A stretch of 64,000 nt of DNA from Candidatus Kapaibacterium sp. (lineage in GTDB: Bacteria > Bacteroidota > Ignavibacteria > Kapaibacteriales > UBA2268). Numbering within the stretch: the first letter of the stretch is position 1; every line of letters begins with the position of its first letter. Location of the stretch: contig OY761611.1 of the NCBI GenBank assembly GCA_963664875.1, positions 1,984,001-2,048,000 of the forward strand, written 5' to 3'. Below the pieces are notes generated by a model that ran no database searches, had not been told where the DNA came from, and was given only the letters and a program-made list of their open reading frames with translations. Both the position numbers and the translations under genes were made by a program. Of the stretch, positions 58,785 to 64,000 are shown piece after piece.

Positions 58785-60257
58785 TTAAACTGCTTTATAT
58801 ATATAAGCTGATTTGTTTTTATTATGTTTAGGATTCAATTTGTAAAAAACCCAATCCAACAAACTAGGGCTTATTTCGGTTTCTGTAGCTAATTGTATCC
58901 CAAAATCTAATTCTACTTGTTTCACACGCTCTTCCAACTTATCGGCACCGTAAAAGATGTAATAATTTGGTTTTTCGTAAGCATTTGTAACTATGTCTGC
59001 TTTGATTTTATCTGCTTTATTACCTTCAAAAAGTTCGAATACCGGCACTTGTTTGTTTAAGTAGAAAGTAGGTTGTTTTATGCCACCCATGTCACCTGTT
59101 TCGACAACAACTCCTGCAACATCTGACTTCTGCGAAAGATAGTAAAGCGATTCTACTCTGGTCTTTTTACTATAAGTGAAAGTAAATGCTACAAGTATAA
59201 TAGTGTTTGCAATCCAGAACCAGCCCCACATAGCAGACAAAGTTTTTCGTTTATTCGCCCAAAATGTTGATTTCGCAACAAATGCCTCCCAGCCAGTGAT
59301 TCCAAGAATTATAATAAACGGGATGGCAGGCAAAATAAATCTCTCCTGTTTGTTCGGAAAGTAAGAATGGAAGGCAAAAAACAAAAGTACAGGCAAATAA
59401 ATAATGATATTTTCTTTGTAGTTTTTCAGCCATCCGAAGATTAGAAATCCGCTAATTGGTGGTATCAGCAAGCCAAAAAGCAATAACAGATATTGATACC
59501 AAGGTCCGGAAGTATAGTCAGTTCCATGCCCTGCGTTGTACAAAAAGTACTCCAAAGGTGCAGCAAAAGGATAGCCCCAAGCAAGGTAATCTACAATGCC
59601 CTGAGTGAGCGAAACTGAGACAACAAAACCGGATGTAATTAGTAAGGCATTGCTAAATTGTTTCCTGAAAAGGAATACAAGCCCGACTCCACCCAACATT
59701 AGCATTGTGTGGTATCTGAAAATAAATGACAATCCAAACAGGACACCAGCCCAAAAAATATTTTTCCCTTTGTCGTGCTTTACTACAAGATACATAGCCC
59801 AAATCAATGGAGGGATAGTTACCATCTCTATTAGGTTTCTGACACTCATAAACGGGAATATCCCAAAAAGAGCCAAAACCAGCCCCACTTTCTTCGCTGT
59901 TTCTTTATTGCTGATGTGTAGAGCAATCAGATAACCAAAATACACTATCAGCAAGGAATAAAATGCATGAGCAATTCTGACTATATACATTTTTGTTTGA
60001 GGATCATCTATACCAACAGAATTCAGCCCCAAAAAGAGATAATAATGCAAGGAAGGATAAATAATACTGTGCCCATGCGGCTCAGTCCTACTTTCCCAAT
60101 ATGAATAATCAGCAATAATATCATAGGGTTGCTGGATAGGCCCAAAATGATCATCGTGCATACCGTAACCCTTAGCAAAAAATGCTGCTAAAAGTCTTAC
60201 AAGTAATGCAATTATTAAGATTGTACGCAAAGGCTGAGTTTCAAAATATTTTTTCAT
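58785..60257 (-). CDS. GT-C membrane glycosyltransferase (Alg9/GT22-like mannosyltransferase)
   Basis: Early HDDHF loop, multi-TM, PNKQERFILP motif. Confidence 0.75.
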   Translation of the reverse strand: MKKYFETQPLRTILIIALLVRLLAAFFAKGYGMHDDHFGPIQQPYDIIADYSYWESRTEPHGHSIIYPSLHYYLFLGLNSVGIDDPQTKMYIVRIAHAFYSLLIVYFGYLIALHISNKETAKKVGLVLALFGIFPFMSVRNLIEMVTIPPLIWAMYLVVKHDKGKNIFWAGVLFGLSFIFRYHTMLMLGGVGLVFLFRKQFSNALLITSGFVVSVSLTQGIVDYLAWGYPFAAPLEYFLYNAGHGTDYTSGPWYQYLLLLFGLLIPPISGFLIFGWLKNYKENIIIYLPVLLFFAFHSYFPNKQERFILPAIPFIIILGITGWEAFVAKSTFWANKRKTLSAMWGWFWIANTIILVAFTFTYSKKTRVESLYYLSQKSDVAGVVVETGDMGGIKQPTFYLNKQVPVFELFEGNKADKIKADIVTNAYEKPNYYIFYGADKLEERVKQVELDFGIQLATETEISPSLLDWVFYKLNPKHNKNKSAYIYKAV

Positions 60258-60280
60258 TGTTTTTCTTTAAAATGGGAATC

Positions 60281-61363
60281 TTATCGTATTGTTTTGTTGA
60301 CTCTGAAGTCTATAGCTTTTTCAAATTCAGGAACTTCAAAAACTGTTTCACCGGATTTGTTGATATAAGCTTTTAAGTTGTTTTCTTTAGCGGACACATA
60401 AGCTATCCCATTGGCAAAATCAAGGGCATAATTATATACTGATGCAATTGCTACTTGGCCTTCATAATTGAGGTATCCGAGTTTTCCATCTTTCATAACC
60501 AAAGCCATAGAATCATTGTAGTCTGAAGCCCAATCATAGACGACTTCACATAAGCGCTCACCGGATTTATTGATATATGCATACTTAAATTTGTAATTGT
60601 GATCAGCAAATCCGACTACAGCTCTGCCTTCTTTAAAAGGCTTTGCCAGATCAAATTGTTTTTCAATTACATAATTACCGGTAGTGTCAATAAATCCAAC
60701 TTTATCATAGACTAAAGCATGAGCGAGGCCTTCTGAAAACTCACCCGGTTCGTCAAATTTCATATCAATTACAATCTCACCGGCAGTGTTCATATACCCG
60801 CACTTCAGAGCTTTTGTAGTAATGCAGGCAAGTCCTTCGGAATAAGGATAGCCGACAAGAGAATCTAAGGTAAGTACTTTGTTACCACTTCTATCTAAAT
60901 AAAATTTATTTTTTTCAAAATCCATGCAGTATGCTCTTCCCTCTTTGAAATCGGAAGCATAAATTAGATTTACAGGCACTACCACTTTGCCCGTGGTATC
61001 GATGAAACCAAACTGTTTCGATTTTTTATATTCGCCTACTATCTTAAGAATAACAGCTCTGCCTTCTTTAAAATCTTTTACAAGGTCAGCCTCCGGCACT
61101 ATTGTAACTTTGCCGTCTCTATTAGCATAAGCCCATTGATTAGGGTATTTAGGATGTGTTTCATCAAATTTTAAGGTATAAAAACCCTCACTATAGGATG
61201 TAATTTTTTCGACATGAGGCAGTTCAAACAGCTTTTCACCATCATGATTTATCACATACCAAAGATTATCTTTTTTATATCCCATAAGAGGTTCATTTGC
61301 AAAATCCTCAGAAAAGAGGCTTACGGTAAGCAAGATAAACAATGCGGCTACAAAATATTTCAT
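60281..61363 (-). CDS. WG-repeat (WG_beta_rep) secreted protein
   Basis: Repeated F(S/K)EG.A...(G/A)(F/Y)I(D/N)..G units. Confidence 0.88.
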   Translation of the reverse strand: MKYFVAALFILLTVSLFSEDFANEPLMGYKKDNLWYVINHDGEKLFELPHVEKITSYSEGFYTLKFDETHPKYPNQWAYANRDGKVTIVPEADLVKDFKEGRAVILKIVGEYKKSKQFGFIDTTGKVVVPVNLIYASDFKEGRAYCMDFEKNKFYLDRSGNKVLTLDSLVGYPYSEGLACITTKALKCGYMNTAGEIVIDMKFDEPGEFSEGLAHALVYDKVGFIDTTGNYVIEKQFDLAKPFKEGRAVVGFADHNYKFKYAYINKSGERLCEVVYDWASDYNDSMALVMKDGKLGYLNYEGQVAIASVYNYALDFANGIAYVSAKENNLKAYINKSGETVFEVPEFEKAIDFRVNKTIR

Positions 61364-61663
61364 AGGATTCCCAAAATATACACTTTACATAATAACTAAT
61401 TTACTCAAAAATCTACAGTATAGAAAATCTATCTGATAGACAAAGTTAATAGAGAAAAGTCTCAAGAATCGATAAAATATTAATTTGACAAGAGAAATGC
61501 TTAAATGAGGTAGTGTGCGATGCTATATCTCTCGAATCGCCAAACATCACTGGATTATTGAACCCATAGGAATATGAGCTAAAACTTGGAAATAATCAAA
61601 AGAGCTTATTATAAAATGCTGCCATAATATTTAATATAATAGCAGCATTTATGGTCCTATATT

Positions 61664-61987
61664 TTACTCTTCTTCCGGGAGTTGATCTATAAAGTCATAT
61701 ATATTTTCGAAAAATATATCCCATGCTTTAGATTTGTCATTGTCTGCAGGTCCACAAAGAATACAATATGACCACCACATGGTATAATATTTTAATTGAT
61801 ACTTTTTGTTTATAAATTGTTGAAATAACAAATTGTAATTGTGGCTATTAGCAATAGACAATCCTCGAAACAACCCGTTTGTAAATACCTCCAAATAAGA
61901 ATAATCTTTTTCCATTGGAAAAAATTGTGGCTGCACTTCTAGAATTTTAAGCATTTTAACTACATTGATTTTATCTGTATTTTTCAT
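61664..61987 (-). CDS. Hypothetical 107-aa protein, possible polymorphic-toxin immunity protein
   Basis: Small cytoplasmic helical protein directly downstream of an Rhs-core remnant. Confidence 0.55.
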   Translation of the reverse strand: MKNTDKINVVKMLKILEVQPQFFPMEKDYSYLEVFTNGLFRGLSIANSHNYNLLFQQFINKKYQLKYYTMWWSYCILCGPADNDKSKAWDIFFENIYDFIDQLPEEE

Positions 61988-62021
61988 TATTATCTACTCG
62001 AATTTTAACCAATAAGAATTG

Positions 62022-62250
62022 TTAAATATTGTTTTGTGTTTTTCTAAACCCATGTCCATCAGATTTTGTTATTCTATCATACTTCTTTGCAGCTTTGTAA
62101 TTGGGTTTGCCAAACATAACAGGCTTTTTGAAAGTTGAAAGAGTATGAGTTATATCCGGTAAACATTTCAAAGAGCTGGTCCGTTTTCTATAAAACCGTC
62201 CCATATTCGGAGCGTAATATCTTGCTCCAGCTGATAAAAATCAGATTTAG
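62022..62250 (-). pseudogene. Frameshifted remnant of an RHS repeat-associated core
   Basis: Across frameshifts reads SDFYQ(L)GARYYAPNMGRFY..DQLFEMFTGYNSYSFNF..PVMFGKPN, matching ARYYDP..GRF...DPL.....PY.Y..NNPV...DP.G. Confidence 0.65.
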
Positions 62251-62401
62251 TAGCAAAACCTACATCTTTTGCTCAAATCGAATGAGCTACAATTTGTTTG
62301 CCAAAAAACATCTTAAACGAATCTTTACATCTTCACAAAAATGTATGAAATCTCTTTACATTAATTTCATTTTAATATCTGCAGGAAATTCCGTATATTG
62401 A

Positions 62402-63898
<1,497 letters not shown>

Positions 63899-63917
63899 AT
63901 AATAGCAGCAAAAAACT

Positions 63918-64000
63918 ATGAGCACCGGAAATAACAACTACCCCCAACTAATCGATATTCGATTGAGCCAGCTGCGCTTTACTATGGAAGACCATAAAGT
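63918..64000 (+). CDS. Start of next gene, truncated by window edge
   Basis: ATG about 20 bp after the guaB stop; frame open to the end (MSTGNNNYPQLIDIRL...). Confidence 0.45.
   Translation, partial: MSTGNNNYPQLIDIRLSQLRFTMEDHK

Noticed and set aside
62022-62401. ORFs 62022-62204 (-) and 62135-62401 (+) as intact genes
   Set aside because: The first is a frame-mixed fragment of the Rhs remnant; the second is its antisense shadow over the guaB promoter region.

Overview
AT-rich bacterial chromosomal window. The organism is most likely from the FCB group, on the Chlorobi/Ignavibacteria/'Kapabacteria' side. That call is inferred from T9SS C-terminal sorting domains, TAnnTTTG-type promoters, clear Shine-Dalgarno use, a fused E1 alpha/beta dehydrogenase and an Ignavibacteria-style flagellin. 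Housekeeping and envelope genes (mntH, gmhA, yihA, gatB, mltG, guaB, tRNA-Arg(CCG), several glycosyltransferases) surround two notable surface-protein loci. (1) A ~15 kb cluster of five T9SS-secreted proteins (13.3-28.4 kb) carries apparent cohesin-like and dockerin-like modules and a 2666-aa beta-helix/propeller/cadherin protein, but no recognisable glycoside hydrolase. It is a candidate non-cellulosomal, self-assembling surface complex. (2) A membrane-spanning TPR-LuxR regulator precedes three tandem cassette-like genes (39.3-45.2 kb). These have different N-terminal domains and a near-identical VPTLPEWG (IPTL-CTERM) anchor, and each follows an identical 22-bp operator-like motif. Other observations: a ~290-nt multi-hairpin candidate ncRNA, a lone flagellin with a perfect sigma-28 promoter, a frameshifted Rhs-core remnant beside a probable orphan immunity gene, a gene flanked by 24-bp direct repeats, and the 3' part of a DarG antitoxin gene. 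All domain calls come from motif recognition by eye; no database searches were run.
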